A stretch of DNA of 64,000 bases from Deltaproteobacteria bacterium (GCA_040218735.1 JAVJQW010000042.1:128001-192000), one strand, 5' to 3'; numbered from the stretch's first letter, positions 41,954-52,339 are shown. The notes: generated from the letters alone by a model not told the origin. Made by a program: numbers and translations.

Positions 41954-44154
41954 GCGCGAAGGTCCTCCGTCGCCTCAAGCGCGGATCGCTCTGCGAGATC
42001 CTCGAGGCGCGTTACGTCGAGCCCGACGGTGTCGAACGTCCGGTCGTGGTGAAGCGGCTCCTGAAGAAACACACGAAGGACGCACGCGCGCGCGTGTCTC
42101 TGGCGGAGGAGGCGCGCCTGTGCGCCGTGCTCGACCACCCGAACATCGTTTCGTTCCTCGACTCGGGTGAAGCCGAAGACCGCCCGTACCTCGTGCTCGA
42201 ACGCATCGACGGGCTCGACCTCGCGGACATCGCGGCGCAGACGTCGATCCCGCGCGAGGTCGCGTTGCACATCGCCGCGGAGATCCTGCGCGCGCTCGGT
42301 TACGTCCACGCGTTGACCGACGAGGACGACAACCCGCTGAACATCGTCCACCGCGACGTCACGCCCGGGAACGTGCTCGTGTCTTGGAACGGCGACGTGA
42401 AGCTCACGGACTTCGGGATCGCGCAGCAGGTGGAGCGCGCCGACGTGACGTTGGCCGGTCATCACAAGGGCACGGTGGCGTTCATGTCGCCGGAGCAGTC
42501 GCGCGGCGACGGGTGTGACCGCCGCGCGGATCTGTTTGCGATGGGGTGCCTGTTGCAGTGGATGCTCGTCGGGGAGTCGCCGCTCGATTCGCCGCAGGCG
42601 CGCCGCGCGGTGTTCGCGGGGGAGGACGCCGTTGTGGCCGAGTCCCTTTCCGACGACGTGGCGACGATCGTGCGGCGTGCGACGCGCGGTGCGCGCGAGG
42701 AGCGGTACACCAACGCGGCGGCGATGGGCGTGCACATCGCGTCGGTCTTCGTCGACGACGGGGTCACGGATCCGCGCGGGCGACTGCGCCGGTTCATGCG
42801 CAAGCTACGCGCCGCGTCGGCCGTCGCGGCGCCGCAGGCGATGCGGGATCTGTTCGACCCGTCGCTGCTCGGCGAGTCGCCCGGGGTGAGCTTCGACGAC
42901 CAGACTCACCTCGTCGAGGAGGACCTCGCGACCGACGCGGCGCAGACCGACCGCGCCGAGGTCCCCATCGCGGCGACGGTGCCAACCGCCTTCCCCGTCG
43001 ACACCGGGCCCACGATGGCGCCCGCGGGTCCGACCGTCGCGACCGCGGCGCCCGTGGACATGATCTCACCCGGTCAGGATCTCGCGGCGGCGCCGACGGT
43101 CGCGCAGCGTCCGGTGGCGATCGGCGAGTCCGACGCTTCGTCGCCGGGCCTCGCGTCCTGGTCGCTACCCTCCGGTGATGCTTCCGGGGCGTCCGCGCCG
43201 TCCGAGCCCGTCGACCCGTTGCCGACCGACGCGTCGTTGGAGAACGACACCGATCCGGTGACGACGGGCGGACAGCAGACGGAGCTCGAGCTTCAACTCC
43301 GCTCCGACGCCGGTCGTGTGATCCACGGCTACCGACTCACGGAACGCATCGCGCGCGGATCGAAGAGCACGCTCTACGCCGCCATCCACGAGACGCTCGG
43401 CTTCGAGTACTGCGTGCGGATCGTCGCGCGTCGCCCGAATGATTTGCAGGAGGCGGAGCGCATCCGCGACAACGCCCAGCGTGTCGGCCGCCTGCGCCTG
43501 CCGCACATCGCGCCGGTGATCGACTTCGGCTTCCTCGAGGACGGGCGGCCGTTCTCGACGATGGCGCGGATCGACGGGGCGACCCTCGCGGACTACGTCG
43601 GGCGATCGATTCCTTGGCCGCAGCTGCGAGTGTGGGTGCTCGACCTCGCGCGCGCGTTGGCTGCGGCCCATTCGGCGGGAGTCGTGCACGGGGACGTCGA
43701 GCTATCGAACGTCATCGTCGTCGCCGAGGAGCCGCGCCTCGTCGGCTTCGACATCGCGCAGCCCGACGGCGTGACCCCGGAGGACGACGTCTTTGGGTTG
43801 GGGTGGATCGCGTCGTACCTGCTCGACGGCGCCCCGCCCGAGAGCTTCCCCCCCGAGGCCGCCGTGCCCGAGGCCTTCCGGGAGCTCGTCTTCCGCATGT
43901 GCGACGAGCAAGAGGGGCGCCGGCCGAAGCTGTCGGAGGTCGTCTCGACCCTGGAGAGCATCCCGAGCGCGCCCCGCGATCCCGCGAGCGTCCTGCCGAA
44001 GCTCACGGAGGCGGGGGCGGCGCCGACGCAGGTCGGACAGCTCGTGGAGCAGAGCGCGGTGATCGAGCGCGCCGGCCCGCCGTGGGGCTGGTTGCTGCTG
44101 TTCATCGCGCTCGCGACCGTGGCGGGCGTGGTGACGTTCGAGATCCTCGCCTGA
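41950..44154 (+). CDS. Ser/Thr kinase with a second degenerate kinase domain and C-terminal TM
   Basis: Domain 1 VVVK/HRDVTPGN/DFG/MSPE; domain 2 YCVR/HGDVELSN/GFD. Confidence 0.87.
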
Positions 44155-44171
44155 CGAGCCCAAGAGACGAT

Positions 44172-44191
44172 CTGTCGAGCCCGCTCGACAG
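44172..44191. promoter_or_regulatory. Perfect 9-bp inverted repeat (candidate EBP enhancer or hairpin)
   Basis: CTGTCGAGC-CC-GCTCGACAG, about 40 bp upstream of the sigma-54 site. Confidence 0.45.
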
Positions 44192-44230
44192 GCGCGGCCG
44201 CGGATCACGGCCTCGACGGTGTCGCTTGGG

Positions 44231-44247
44231 CCGGCACGGGGGTTGCG
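44231..44247 (+). promoter_or_regulatory. Putative sigma-54 (-24/-12) promoter
   Basis: CCGGCACGGGGGTTGCG, GG-N10-GC with GGCACG and TTGC; just upstream of ATG 44261. Confidence 0.65.
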
Positions 44248-44260
44248 TTAGCCGGCGCGC

Positions 44261-44692
44261 ATGAAAGCCGCCAGCCTCGCGATGACGCTCCTGACCCGCT
44301 CGAAGAGCGGCCAGCTCGTTTGGATGCGACGCGCCAAGAACGTGCTGCCGATGATCATCGAGATCGCGGCGACGCAGAAGGATCCGAAGACCGCGCTCGA
44401 GGAGGTGATGTCGCTCGTCGCGCTCGCGAAGTCGCTTCAGACCGACGGCGCCGTCCAGGCGGCGGGGGTCCTGGGTCGCGCGATCGCTTGTGACGAACGC
44501 GCCGTGAAGGTGCTGAACGACGCGGACCCGCAGCGCAAGGCGATCCGCGCCGTCGAGCGACTGGCGCGCGCGACGCCGGAGCGCATCAAGCGGGCGCCGC
44601 ACGTCGCCGCGGTTTCGACCGGCCAGATGAAGATCAAGGACCTGTTGCGTCCCGGCGCGGAGCGACCGCGCCAGCCGCGGATGCGGCGCTGA
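44261..44692 (+). CDS. Hypothetical basic helical protein
   Basis: 143-aa ORF with coding-like codon usage directly after the sigma-54 site. Confidence 0.65.
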   Translation: MKAASLAMTLLTRSKSGQLVWMRRAKNVLPMIIEIAATQKDPKTALEEVMSLVALAKSLQTDGAVQAAGVLGRAIACDERAVKVLNDADPQRKAIRAVERLARATPERIKRAPHVAAVSTGQMKIKDLLRPGAERPRQPRMRR

Positions 44693-44728
44693 ACCTATTT
44701 TTTGAGAACCACCAAGGAAAGGGATTCG

Positions 44729-45553
44729 ATGCAGAACACGATTCATGGCTCAGGAGGGCCGTCTTTTCTCAACCTCTTCGGCGGCAGCGGGCAGGACCCG
44801 TTCAGCAATTGGCTGGACGACACGCTGTCGAGCTTCACGCAGGGCTCCGGCGCGCCCGGCGCCCAGAACCTCACCCAGTCGATGCAGGGCATCGAGCCGG
44901 GGATGGGCGCCCAGGACATGCAGCAGCTTCAGCAGCAGATGATGCAGTACATGCTGCCGATGCTGCTTCAGTTCATGCAGCAGTTCCTCGATATGTTCGA
45001 GCAGATGCAGCAGCAGGCCGGACAGCAACCAGGCGAAGGCCAGGGCGGCGGCTGCGGCGGTGCGGGGTCCCCGAGCGGCGCGGGCTCGCCGAACGCGACG
45101 CCCCCCGCCGACTCCGGCTCCACCGGCACCAACGCCGACGGCGGTGACTGCGGATGCAGCGGCTCACCCTCGGACTCGGTCGACACCGCGCCGGACACGA
45201 GCGGCCCGGACGAACCGGTCGACACGGCGCCCGACACGAGCGGCCCCGGCTGCGGCGCGGAGGAGCCGGTCGACGCGGCGCCGGACGGCTGTGACGACGT
45301 CGAAGCGCCGGCCGACACCGATGGCCCGCAGTGCGACGCCGAGCCCGACGTGGCCGAGGACCCCGCCGACTGCGCGGCGCCCGACGTCCAAGAGGGCGGC
45401 GAGGTCGCGGGTGAGTGCGACGGCCCCGACGCCAGCGCCGACGCGGACGCGGACGCCAGCGCGGACGCGGACGCCGACGCGGCGGACGCGGGCTGCGAGG
45501 CCGCCGACGTGGGCGAGGGTGACTACGGCGGCGACCAGGCCTGCGGCTGGTAG
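44729..45553 (+). CDS. Low-complexity protein: Gln/Met-rich helix plus acidic Asp/Ala/Cys tail
   Basis: RBS AAGGAAAGGGA; MQQLQQQMMQYMLPMLLQFMQQ; VDTAPDTSGP twice; (DA)n. Confidence 0.75.
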   Translation: MQNTIHGSGGPSFLNLFGGSGQDPFSNWLDDTLSSFTQGSGAPGAQNLTQSMQGIEPGMGAQDMQQLQQQMMQYMLPMLLQFMQQFLDMFEQMQQQAGQQPGEGQGGGCGGAGSPSGAGSPNATPPADSGSTGTNADGGDCGCSGSPSDSVDTAPDTSGPDEPVDTAPDTSGPGCGAEEPVDAAPDGCDDVEAPADTDGPQCDAEPDVAEDPADCAAPDVQEGGEVAGECDGPDASADADADASADADADAADAGCEAADVGEGDYGGDQACGW

Positions 45554-45600
45554 TCCGGAGCGCGTCGACGTCCTGAGCCACCGGGTGCTACCAACACGCG

Positions 45601-46617
45601 GTGGCTCCGTTCACGTGCAGCGCGCATCGAAGGCAGACCGCCGGGTGGCAGTGCGGCGCTTGCGACCGAATGTTGTGCCCGGATTGCGCGGCGCTCCGTC
45701 GGACGAACGCGCAGGCCTACGCGCACCACGCCGCGGCCGAAGCGGGCGACTCGCTCAACGCCAACATCCTCGTGCTCTGCGTGCACTGCGGCGGCGTCGC
45801 GCGCACGCTGACGCGACGCCGCGACATCCCGAAGTTCTACGAGCGTCGCGGATACACCGCCTTCCTCAACACGATGTTCTCGAACAGCGGCGTGCTGCAG
45901 GTCGCTGCCGTCGGGATCATGATGTACCTCGTCGGGTTGCTCCCCGGGAACCTCGGCCTCGGCCTGTCGCGCTTCGTCTTCGTCAGCTACTTCTTCCACG
46001 TCATCCATCGCACCGCGCACGGCGAGACCGCGCTCCCGTGGCCGGCCGACTTCCTCGGCGCCGAGAGTTTCATCGTCGTCACACGCTATTCGTTCGGCAC
46101 GCTGCTCGTGCTCGGACCGGCGCTCGTCTACACACTCTGGGGCATCTCGCTCTGGGAGCTCACGCACAACGTCGAGCACGTCATTCAAACGCGCATCTTC
46201 GACCCGTTCCCGCTGACGATGCTGATCCTCGGCGCGGTCTACTACCCCGCCGCGATCATCGCCGGCGCGGTCGCCGAGTCCGTCCTCGCGATGATCAACC
46301 CGCTGATCACCATTCGCCTCATCCTGCGCATCCCCGCGCAGTACGCGATCACCGTCGCGACCTGGGCGGCGCTCACCATCGCGGACTTCCTCTGGACCCT
46401 CGGCGTGGATGCCGCCGTCGCCGCGATCCCGATCGCGTTCATCCCGAAGCTCGTCGGCGTGATCCTCACGCTCCCGCTGCGCCTCACGGTCGGGTGGATG
46501 CTCGGCCGCCTCGTCTTCCAGAACGCCGAGGAGTTCGGCATCGTGCGCGAGGAGCTCCTCGTCGAGCCGGCGCTTCCGGGCGTCGCCCCGCGCGGCGAGG
46601 TCAGCCGCTCTCCTTGA
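45601..46617 (+). CDS. Membrane protein with N-terminal B-box-like Zn finger
   Basis: CSAH...CGAC...CPDC...CVHC followed by about 6 TMs. Confidence 0.75.
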   Translation: MAPFTCSAHRRQTAGWQCGACDRMLCPDCAALRRTNAQAYAHHAAAEAGDSLNANILVLCVHCGGVARTLTRRRDIPKFYERRGYTAFLNTMFSNSGVLQVAAVGIMMYLVGLLPGNLGLGLSRFVFVSYFFHVIHRTAHGETALPWPADFLGAESFIVVTRYSFGTLLVLGPALVYTLWGISLWELTHNVEHVIQTRIFDPFPLTMLILGAVYYPAAIIAGAVAESVLAMINPLITIRLILRIPAQYAITVATWAALTIADFLWTLGVDAAVAAIPIAFIPKLVGVILTLPLRLTVGWMLGRLVFQNAEEFGIVREELLVEPALPGVAPRGEVSRSP

Positions 46618-47092
46618 GGTAGCCAGACGTCTGGCCGAGCACGAACCCCACGAGCATCCCGGTGCTCTTCTCGTAGTGACGCGAGCCCTGCGCCCGTCCG
46701 CAGAGTCCGTCGACGCGAAACGCCTCCCAGTTTCGATACTTCTGCGCCTTGCTCACGGTGCCGCACGGCGTACGTTTGCCGGGGGCGCGCCCCTCCGGCG
46801 GTAGCCAGAGACGACCGAGGTCGTACGCGCCGATCACGTTGGTCTCCGGGACGAGTCGTTCGTCGACGCGGAGCGGCTCGAAGGTCTCGCCGGGCTCCGT
46901 CGATTCGATCGTCATCTCGTACACGTTGCCCTGCTTCGCGAGCGACACCTTGACGTCGTACTCGGCGACGTCTGCGCCCATCGGCTGCGAGACGCGATAG
47001 ACCATGTAGCTGCCGTCGACGACCGGAGCACCTTCGCCCGAGCTCTTCGTGCACGCGGTCGCGAGCAAAGCGATCAACACCCAACGTTTCAT
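46601..47092 (-). CDS. Hypothetical lipoprotein
   Basis: MKRWVLIALLATAC; ATGA overlap with the upstream gene. Confidence 0.72.
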   Translation of the reverse strand: MKRWVLIALLATACTKSSGEGAPVVDGSYMVYRVSQPMGADVAEYDVKVSLAKQGNVYEMTIESTEPGETFEPLRVDERLVPETNVIGAYDLGRLWLPPEGRAPGKRTPCGTVSKAQKYRNWEAFRVDGLCGRAQGSRHYEKSTGMLVGFVLGQTSGYLKESG

Positions 47093-48171
47093 GGAACCTC
47101 CGTGACCACGACGGCGCTGATCGCCGCGCGCTGCTGACTGCACACCGACCACCCGATCTGCCCGCCCCGAATGTCCACGCGTTGGAGCGGCTTGCTCATG
47201 AGCTGCTTGCCGTTCGTGTAGTACGTCATCCGGTTGCCGCGGACCTCGAGGAGGTGGCGGTTCGAGTTCTTGCCCTTGCCGACGGTCGCCGTGTGTTTGT
47301 TCCACGGCATCGGGTCGTCGATGTGGTCACCGCCGAGGTACTGCCCCGCGAACGTCCACCCGTTCCCGGAGGCGGCGAAGAAGTAGTAGTTCTTCTTGCT
47401 CTCGCCGAGCACCAGCCCGTACGCGCTGTCGTCGACGCCGCTGCGCCACGTCGTCATCCACGTGATGTCGAAGTTCGCGGGCAGCTTCATCCCGAGCGGG
47501 ACGATCTCGATCGAGCAGCGATCGTTCTTCACCTGCATCCAGTACTCGCGCGCGCCGAGGCCCGCGGCGTAGTACTTCCCGGTCGTCGTCTTCCAGCCGT
47601 GCGCGTTGTTCGCGAAGTACTCGACCCAGATGTCGCGCCGCTTGGTGGGCGTCGCAGAGGGCGGCGGAGGCGGCGGTGGCGGGCTGCGCGCCAGCTTCCG
47701 CGCGGCGGCGGAGAGCGTGGTCGGGCCGACGAGGGTCTCGACGGCCTTCGAGATCGACGCCATCACCCCCTCCTCGTTGCACTTCCCCTCTTGCGTCGCC
47801 GCGTGCTCGGTCGCGGCGCTCGCCAGGTCGTAGACACTCACCGTCACGACGCACGTCTTTCCGATCCTCAGGAGCTTCGTGCTGATCGACTTCCCCGCCG
47901 CGAGCTCCTTGCCGATCTCGATCTGGCAGCTCTGGTCGTAGCAGCTCTTGTACGACTCGGCCTTCTGCCCGCGCAGCCGTCCGCGGACCTCGTCGTTCGG
48001 GATGACGTGGTAGGCGCCCGACGCCGTGAGCTTCGCCGCGAGGTAGTCGGTCAGGTTGGAGATGACGCCCGACTTCAGGCGCGCGCCGCGGTCTTCGATG
48101 TCGAACACCGCGACGATCGGCGGTCCGTTCGCGGCGAGCAGCGCAAACGCAGCGAAGGTCGGGCCCAACAT
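47089..48171 (-). CDS. Secreted two-domain protein (VAVFD alpha/beta domain plus lectin-like beta-sandwich)
   Basis: Signal peptide; VAVFDI...CYDQSCQIEIG; poly-Pro linker; aromatic-rich beta domain. Confidence 0.7.
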   Translation of the reverse strand: MLGPTFAAFALLAANGPPIVAVFDIEDRGARLKSGVISNLTDYLAAKLTASGAYHVIPNDEVRGRLRGQKAESYKSCYDQSCQIEIGKELAAGKSISTKLLRIGKTCVVTVSVYDLASAATEHAATQEGKCNEEGVMASISKAVETLVGPTTLSAAARKLARSPPPPPPPPSATPTKRRDIWVEYFANNAHGWKTTTGKYYAAGLGAREYWMQVKNDRCSIEIVPLGMKLPANFDITWMTTWRSGVDDSAYGLVLGESKKNYYFFAASGNGWTFAGQYLGGDHIDDPMPWNKHTATVGKGKNSNRHLLEVRGNRMTYYTNGKQLMSKPLQRVDIRGGQIGWSVCSQQRAAISAVVVTEVP

Positions 48172-48190
48172 CGGCCCAGCGTACCCGACT

Positions 48191-49510
48191 CTACGAGAGG
48201 CGGTCGAGGGCGGTGGACAGGCGACCCTTGATGCTCTCGCAGTCCGCCTTCGACACCGCGCCGACGCTCGCGCGGAACCAGCCCGTGTCCTCGCGGACGC
48301 CGAAACACGTGAACGGAACGAGCGCGACGCCGGCGGCCTCGAGCAGATACTTCCGCGTCTGTTCGTCGGTCTCGATCGTGACCCCGTCGGGGGTCTTCTT
48401 CCCGCGGAGATCGAGGCGCATCGACAGGTAGATCGCCCCCTGCGGCGCGACGGACTCCACGTTCCAGCCCTTCTCGCGCAGCGACGACACGGCCTCGTCG
48501 ATCAGCTTCAGCCGCGCGAGCACTTCGCCGCGCATGAGCGTGAGGTGCTGGTCGATCGCGCGATCGTCGTCGAGGAGCGCCTTCGTCGCGATCTGCTCCG
48601 GCCGCGGCGCCCACGCGCCGAGGTGCGTGAGGATCGCGCTCATGCGGCTGATGACGTCCTGCGGTCCGAGCGCCCAGCCGACCCGCAGGCCGGTGCCCGC
48701 GAAGCCCTTCGAGATGCCGTCCACGAAGATCGTATACGGCGCCACCTCGGGCACGAGGTTCACGGGCGTGGCGTGCTCCACGCCGTCGAACACGAGGAGC
48801 CAGTACACCTGATCGAACATCAGGTAGAGCAGCGGGCGTCCGTCGGACTTGCGGCGCTCGTTCTCCTCCACCACGCGACGCGCGATGTGCTCGAGCTGGT
48901 CCTTCGGCATCACCGTGCCGGTCGGGTTCTGCGGCGTGTTCAGGCAGAGGAGCCGCGCCGTCGACAGGTGTGCCTCGATTTGTTCCACCGTCGGGAAGAA
49001 GGACGTCTCGACGGTGGTCGCCACTTCGACGCCCTTGGCGCCGGTCAGCGTGCAGTAGTGGTTGTTGTTCCAGGAGGGCGCGCCGTAGACGACCTCGTCG
49101 CCCGGATCGATCAGCGCGAGGTACGAGCCCGCGATCATCGGGCGCGCGCCGCCCGCGATCAGCACGGACTCGACGGGGTACTTCAGCCCGAGGCGTCGCT
49201 CGAACATGTCGCGCACCGACTCGCGGAGCTCGAGCACGCCGCTCGACGGCGGGTAGTTGGTGTGGCCGGCGGCGAGCGCCTTCGTGATGCCGGTGGAGAG
49301 CTGCTCCGGCACCGGGAACTCGCGGCTGGAGAAGTCACCGACGGTAAGGTTGAGGATGCTGTCGCCCTGGGCGATGCGCGCACGGACTTCGGCGGCGATC
49401 TTGAGGATCTCGCTCCCGACCAGTTTGGAGGCCATGGACGAGATGCCGCGTTCCGCGGTGCCCATCGCCTTCGTGGACTCGAGGGTCGAGGTCAGATCGA
49501 TCGTCTCCAT
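48191..49510 (-). CDS. PLP-dependent class I aminotransferase (aspartate aminotransferase-like)
   Basis: RBS AAGGAG; NTPQNPTG, DQVY, GISKGFAGTGLRVGW. Confidence 0.9.
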   Translation of the reverse strand: METIDLTSTLESTKAMGTAERGISSMASKLVGSEILKIAAEVRARIAQGDSILNLTVGDFSSREFPVPEQLSTGITKALAAGHTNYPPSSGVLELRESVRDMFERRLGLKYPVESVLIAGGARPMIAGSYLALIDPGDEVVYGAPSWNNNHYCTLTGAKGVEVATTVETSFFPTVEQIEAHLSTARLLCLNTPQNPTGTVMPKDQLEHIARRVVEENERRKSDGRPLLYLMFDQVYWLLVFDGVEHATPVNLVPEVAPYTIFVDGISKGFAGTGLRVGWALGPQDVISRMSAILTHLGAWAPRPEQIATKALLDDDRAIDQHLTLMRGEVLARLKLIDEAVSSLREKGWNVESVAPQGAIYLSMRLDLRGKKTPDGVTIETDEQTRKYLLEAAGVALVPFTCFGVREDTGWFRASVGAVSKADCESIKGRLSTALDRLS

Positions 49511-49521
49511 GCGCTCTCCTT

Positions 49522-49797
49522 CTATCGGCCGTTGTTGGTCAGTCCGCACGCCGCGTAGTCCTCGCGGTCGAGGGCTTGGCAGTCACACGTGTCGAGGAGG
49601 TTCGAGCAGCGCTCGGCTTCCTCGGTGGATGTCTCGCGCTCGCCGGCGCGCTGGATCCTCAGCAGGCAGGACTGCTCCTGCGAGCCGTTGATCTCGCAGC
49701 TGCAGATCCGCTCCGCGAGCGAGTTGCAGGGACCGTCACAGCCCACCGCGGCGAACGCGAAGATCGCGAAGAGCGCCGCACTAACCCGCCGGGACAC
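49522..49797 (-). CDS. Small Cys-rich lipoprotein
   Basis: FAAVGC lipobox; CNSLAERICSC...CDC; start uncertain. Confidence 0.6.
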   Translation of the reverse strand: MSRRVSAALFAIFAFAAVGCDGPCNSLAERICSCEINGSQEQSCLLRIQRAGERETSTEEAERCSNLLDTCDCQALDREDYAACGLTNNGR

Positions 49798-50113
49798 AGA
49801 CCCGCGTGTCGTCCGCGGACGAACAGCGGTAGCCGTCGCGGCAGTCGTTCTCACTCTCGCACTCGTCGAGACAAAAAGCGTCGAAACTGACATCCCTGAA
49901 AGCGATGCCCCTAACGCAGCTGGATCCGAGTGGACAAGAGCCAAGCGTGCAGTCGACCTCGGTGCAATACCCGGCCGGCCAGCGCAGGATGCACGCGGCG
50001 TTCGCCGCCGTGCCGCAGTCGTCGCCGCCCTCGCAGGGGGACCCAAGGACCTGAGCGTCGCCGCCGGAGCAGGCGAGCGCGAGCAGGAGGCCCCATACGG
50101 CGCGCCGCATCAT
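49781..50113 (-). CDS. Small Cys-rich lipoprotein
   Basis: MMRRAVWGLLLALAC; GYCT, C-x4-DC-x-x-GY-x-C disulfide repeats. Confidence 0.7.
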   Translation of the reverse strand: MMRRAVWGLLLALACSGGDAQVLGSPCEGGDDCGTAANAACILRWPAGYCTEVDCTLGSCPLGSSCVRGIAFRDVSFDAFCLDECESENDCRDGYRCSSADDTRVCVPAG

Positions 50114-51096
50114 GCGCGCCCGAGCGCCTGCCGGAACGCGCGGCGCACGAACACCGGCACCATTTCGCGGCGGTAGGCGGGCTCCGTCGCGATGTTGCTC
50201 AGCGGCTTGCAGCGCTTGTAGGCGACCTCGGCGATCTGGCCGATCGTCGCCTTGTCCAGCGCGCGACCACGCAGTGCGTCGACGTCGAGCTTCACCCGCA
50301 CCGGGCGCGACGCGAGCGCGGTCACGCACACGTCGACGTCCTCGATCGCGTCGTCCACGAGCCGAGCGCGGACCGCCACGCCGAGCTCCGGGAAGTCGAT
50401 CGCCGCGCGCGTGCGGAGCTTCGCGTACGCCATCACCGTGCCCGCCTCGGGGACCGGGACATGGATCGCCGTCACGAGGTCGTCGTCGGCGCGCGCCTGA
50501 TTGAAGATGCCGTCCGTCGTGTAGAAGTCCTCGATCGCGACGCGCCGGGCGCCCTCCGCGTTGTGGATCTCCAGCTCGGCGCCGAGGGTCATGAGGACCG
50601 GCGCGCTGTCGTTGCTCGCCGCCGCGACGCACCGACGCCCGCCCTTCACGACGTGGCACACCGTGCCGTCGCGCTTCAGGCAGAACCCGAGCGCGCTGCG
50701 CCAGAAGTAGGTCTGGTTGATGTACACGCAGCGAGTGTCGAGGCAGACGTTGCCGCCGATCGTCCCCATCCGACGCAGCTGCGGGCCGGCGATCTGATCC
50801 GCCGCCTCGGCGAGCGCGGGGATGTGCTCGAGGACGAGCGGGTCCTTGGCGAGATCGTGCAGCGTGGTCAGCGCGCCGATGCGCAGGGTGTCGCCGTCCC
50901 GAGTCACGCCGACGAGATCCGGTATGCGCCACAGCCCGACCACCACGTCGGGCGTGGTGATCTCGTGTTTCATGTTGGGCATCAGGTCCGTGCCGCCGGC
51001 CATCGGCCGGGCACGACCCTCGTGCTCACGCAGCAGCGCGGTCGCCTCGGCGACCGAGGTCGGTTCGGCGACTTCGAACTTCGGGAGGCGGAGCAT
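50110..51096 (-). CDS. Xanthine dehydrogenase-family FAD subunit with Fe-S insertion (4-hydroxybenzoyl-CoA reductase beta-like)
   Basis: MLRLP start, AGGTDL, GTIGGNVCLDTRC, insertion C...FCLKRDGTVCH...C, RAAIDFP. Confidence 0.83.
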   Translation of the reverse strand: MLRLPKFEVAEPTSVAEATALLREHEGRARPMAGGTDLMPNMKHEITTPDVVVGLWRIPDLVGVTRDGDTLRIGALTTLHDLAKDPLVLEHIPALAEAADQIAGPQLRRMGTIGGNVCLDTRCVYINQTYFWRSALGFCLKRDGTVCHVVKGGRRCVAAASNDSAPVLMTLGAELEIHNAEGARRVAIEDFYTTDGIFNQARADDDLVTAIHVPVPEAGTVMAYAKLRTRAAIDFPELGVAVRARLVDDAIEDVDVCVTALASRPVRVKLDVDALRGRALDKATIGQIAEVAYKRCKPLSNIATEPAYRREMVPVFVRRAFRQALGRA

Positions 51097-51176
51097 CGGC
51101 CGCCCCATCCGAGCCCAGCGACGGCACCTCGTCAAGGGTTGTGCGTTCACGCGCTCCATGGGTATGGGCGCCGCCG

Positions 51177-51809
51177 ATGCGCACGATCGATCGCGCCACG
51201 TGGGCTCGCCGGTCACACTTCGAGCTGTTTCGCGGAATGGCGTATCCCTACGTGTCGTTGACGGCGCCGGTCGACGTGTCGCCGATCCGTGATCTCGTCG
51301 CGCGCCGCGGTGGCGGGCTCTTCAAGCCGACGCTGTGGGCGGTGAGCACGGCCGCCAACGCGGTCCCCGCGCTGCGGCAGCGTATCCGTGGTGACACGGT
51401 GGTCGAACACGAGGTCGTGCACCCGTCGTACACGGCGCTCGCGACGGACGCGGTGTTCAACTACTGCACGGTCGATCACGACGAGGCGATCGAGGCGTTC
51501 TTCGCTTCGGTGGATCGCGCGAATGCGGCCGTGGCGAACCAGACGGAGCTCGTCCCCGACGCCCCGCACCGCGACGACCTCCTCTTCCTCAGCGCGATCC
51601 CCTGGCGCCGCATCACGTCGTTCGGGCACCCGGTGCCGCTCGATCCCCCCGACAGCTTCCCGCGTATCTCCTGGTCGCGGATCGAGACGAACGGCGAGGT
51701 GTCGATGCAGGTCACCGCGAACCACGCCCTCGTCGATGGCGTTCACATCGCGCGGTTCTTCGACGCGGTGGAAGACGCCGCGCGCCGTGTCGCCGCTGCG
51801 CTCGACTGA
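51177..51809 (+). CDS. CatA-like (type A chloramphenicol) O-acetyltransferase
   Basis: IDRATWARRSHFELF, SAIPW, PRISW, NHALVDGVH catalytic motif. Confidence 0.83.
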   Translation: MRTIDRATWARRSHFELFRGMAYPYVSLTAPVDVSPIRDLVARRGGGLFKPTLWAVSTAANAVPALRQRIRGDTVVEHEVVHPSYTALATDAVFNYCTVDHDEAIEAFFASVDRANAAVANQTELVPDAPHRDDLLFLSAIPWRRITSFGHPVPLDPPDSFPRISWSRIETNGEVSMQVTANHALVDGVHIARFFDAVEDAARRVAAALD

Positions 51810-51856
51810 GCTGAATAAACCGACCGTCCTCCCGGCACGAACACATCGGGAGCGTC

Positions 51857-52339
51857 ATGAACGGTCTCGCGATGCACATCTGGTTTCCGCATCGGGCGCA
51901 GCTCCTCGTCCTGGCGCTGACCGCGCTGGCGTGTCACGCCCAGGACGAGGGCTGCCGGGCCCTGATGGGTACGACCGCCGTCCACTACCAGGGGGACGCG
52001 GTCGGTGAAGGGGAGATCACCCTGAGGTCCACGGGGGTGCGACGGGTCGAAGGCCGCCTCGCGCTGCGCGGTGAAGCCGAGATCGATTTCACTCGGCTCG
52101 AGGCGTACGGCACCTGCCAGGACGGCGTCGCACGCCTTCGGCTCGCGGGCGTCGACGAGCCGAAGGCCCCGGCGAGAGTCCTCGGCGGACGTGTGCTCCT
52201 CGTGCACGACGAGGAGCTCCTCGGTGAAGACTTCGGAACCTGGCGCGCGCGCATCGCGCCCAAGGACGGCAGCCCGGAGCAGGAGGTGCAGGGGCAACTC
52301 TCGCGACGTCCGAACACGCCGCCGATCGCGGCGCGATGA
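51857..52339 (+). CDS. Hypothetical lipoprotein
   Basis: ALAC lipobox; ATGA overlap with the next gene. Confidence 0.6.
   Translation: MNGLAMHIWFPHRAQLLVLALTALACHAQDEGCRALMGTTAVHYQGDAVGEGEITLRSTGVRRVEGRLALRGEAEIDFTRLEAYGTCQDGVARLRLAGVDEPKAPARVLGGRVLLVHDEELLGEDFGTWRARIAPKDGSPEQEVQGQLSRRPNTPPIAAR

Noticed and set aside
44690-44716. hrp box upstream of the harpin-like gene (GAACC...CCACCAA)
   Set aside because: The spacer is 13 nt rather than 15-16 and the leading GG is missing.
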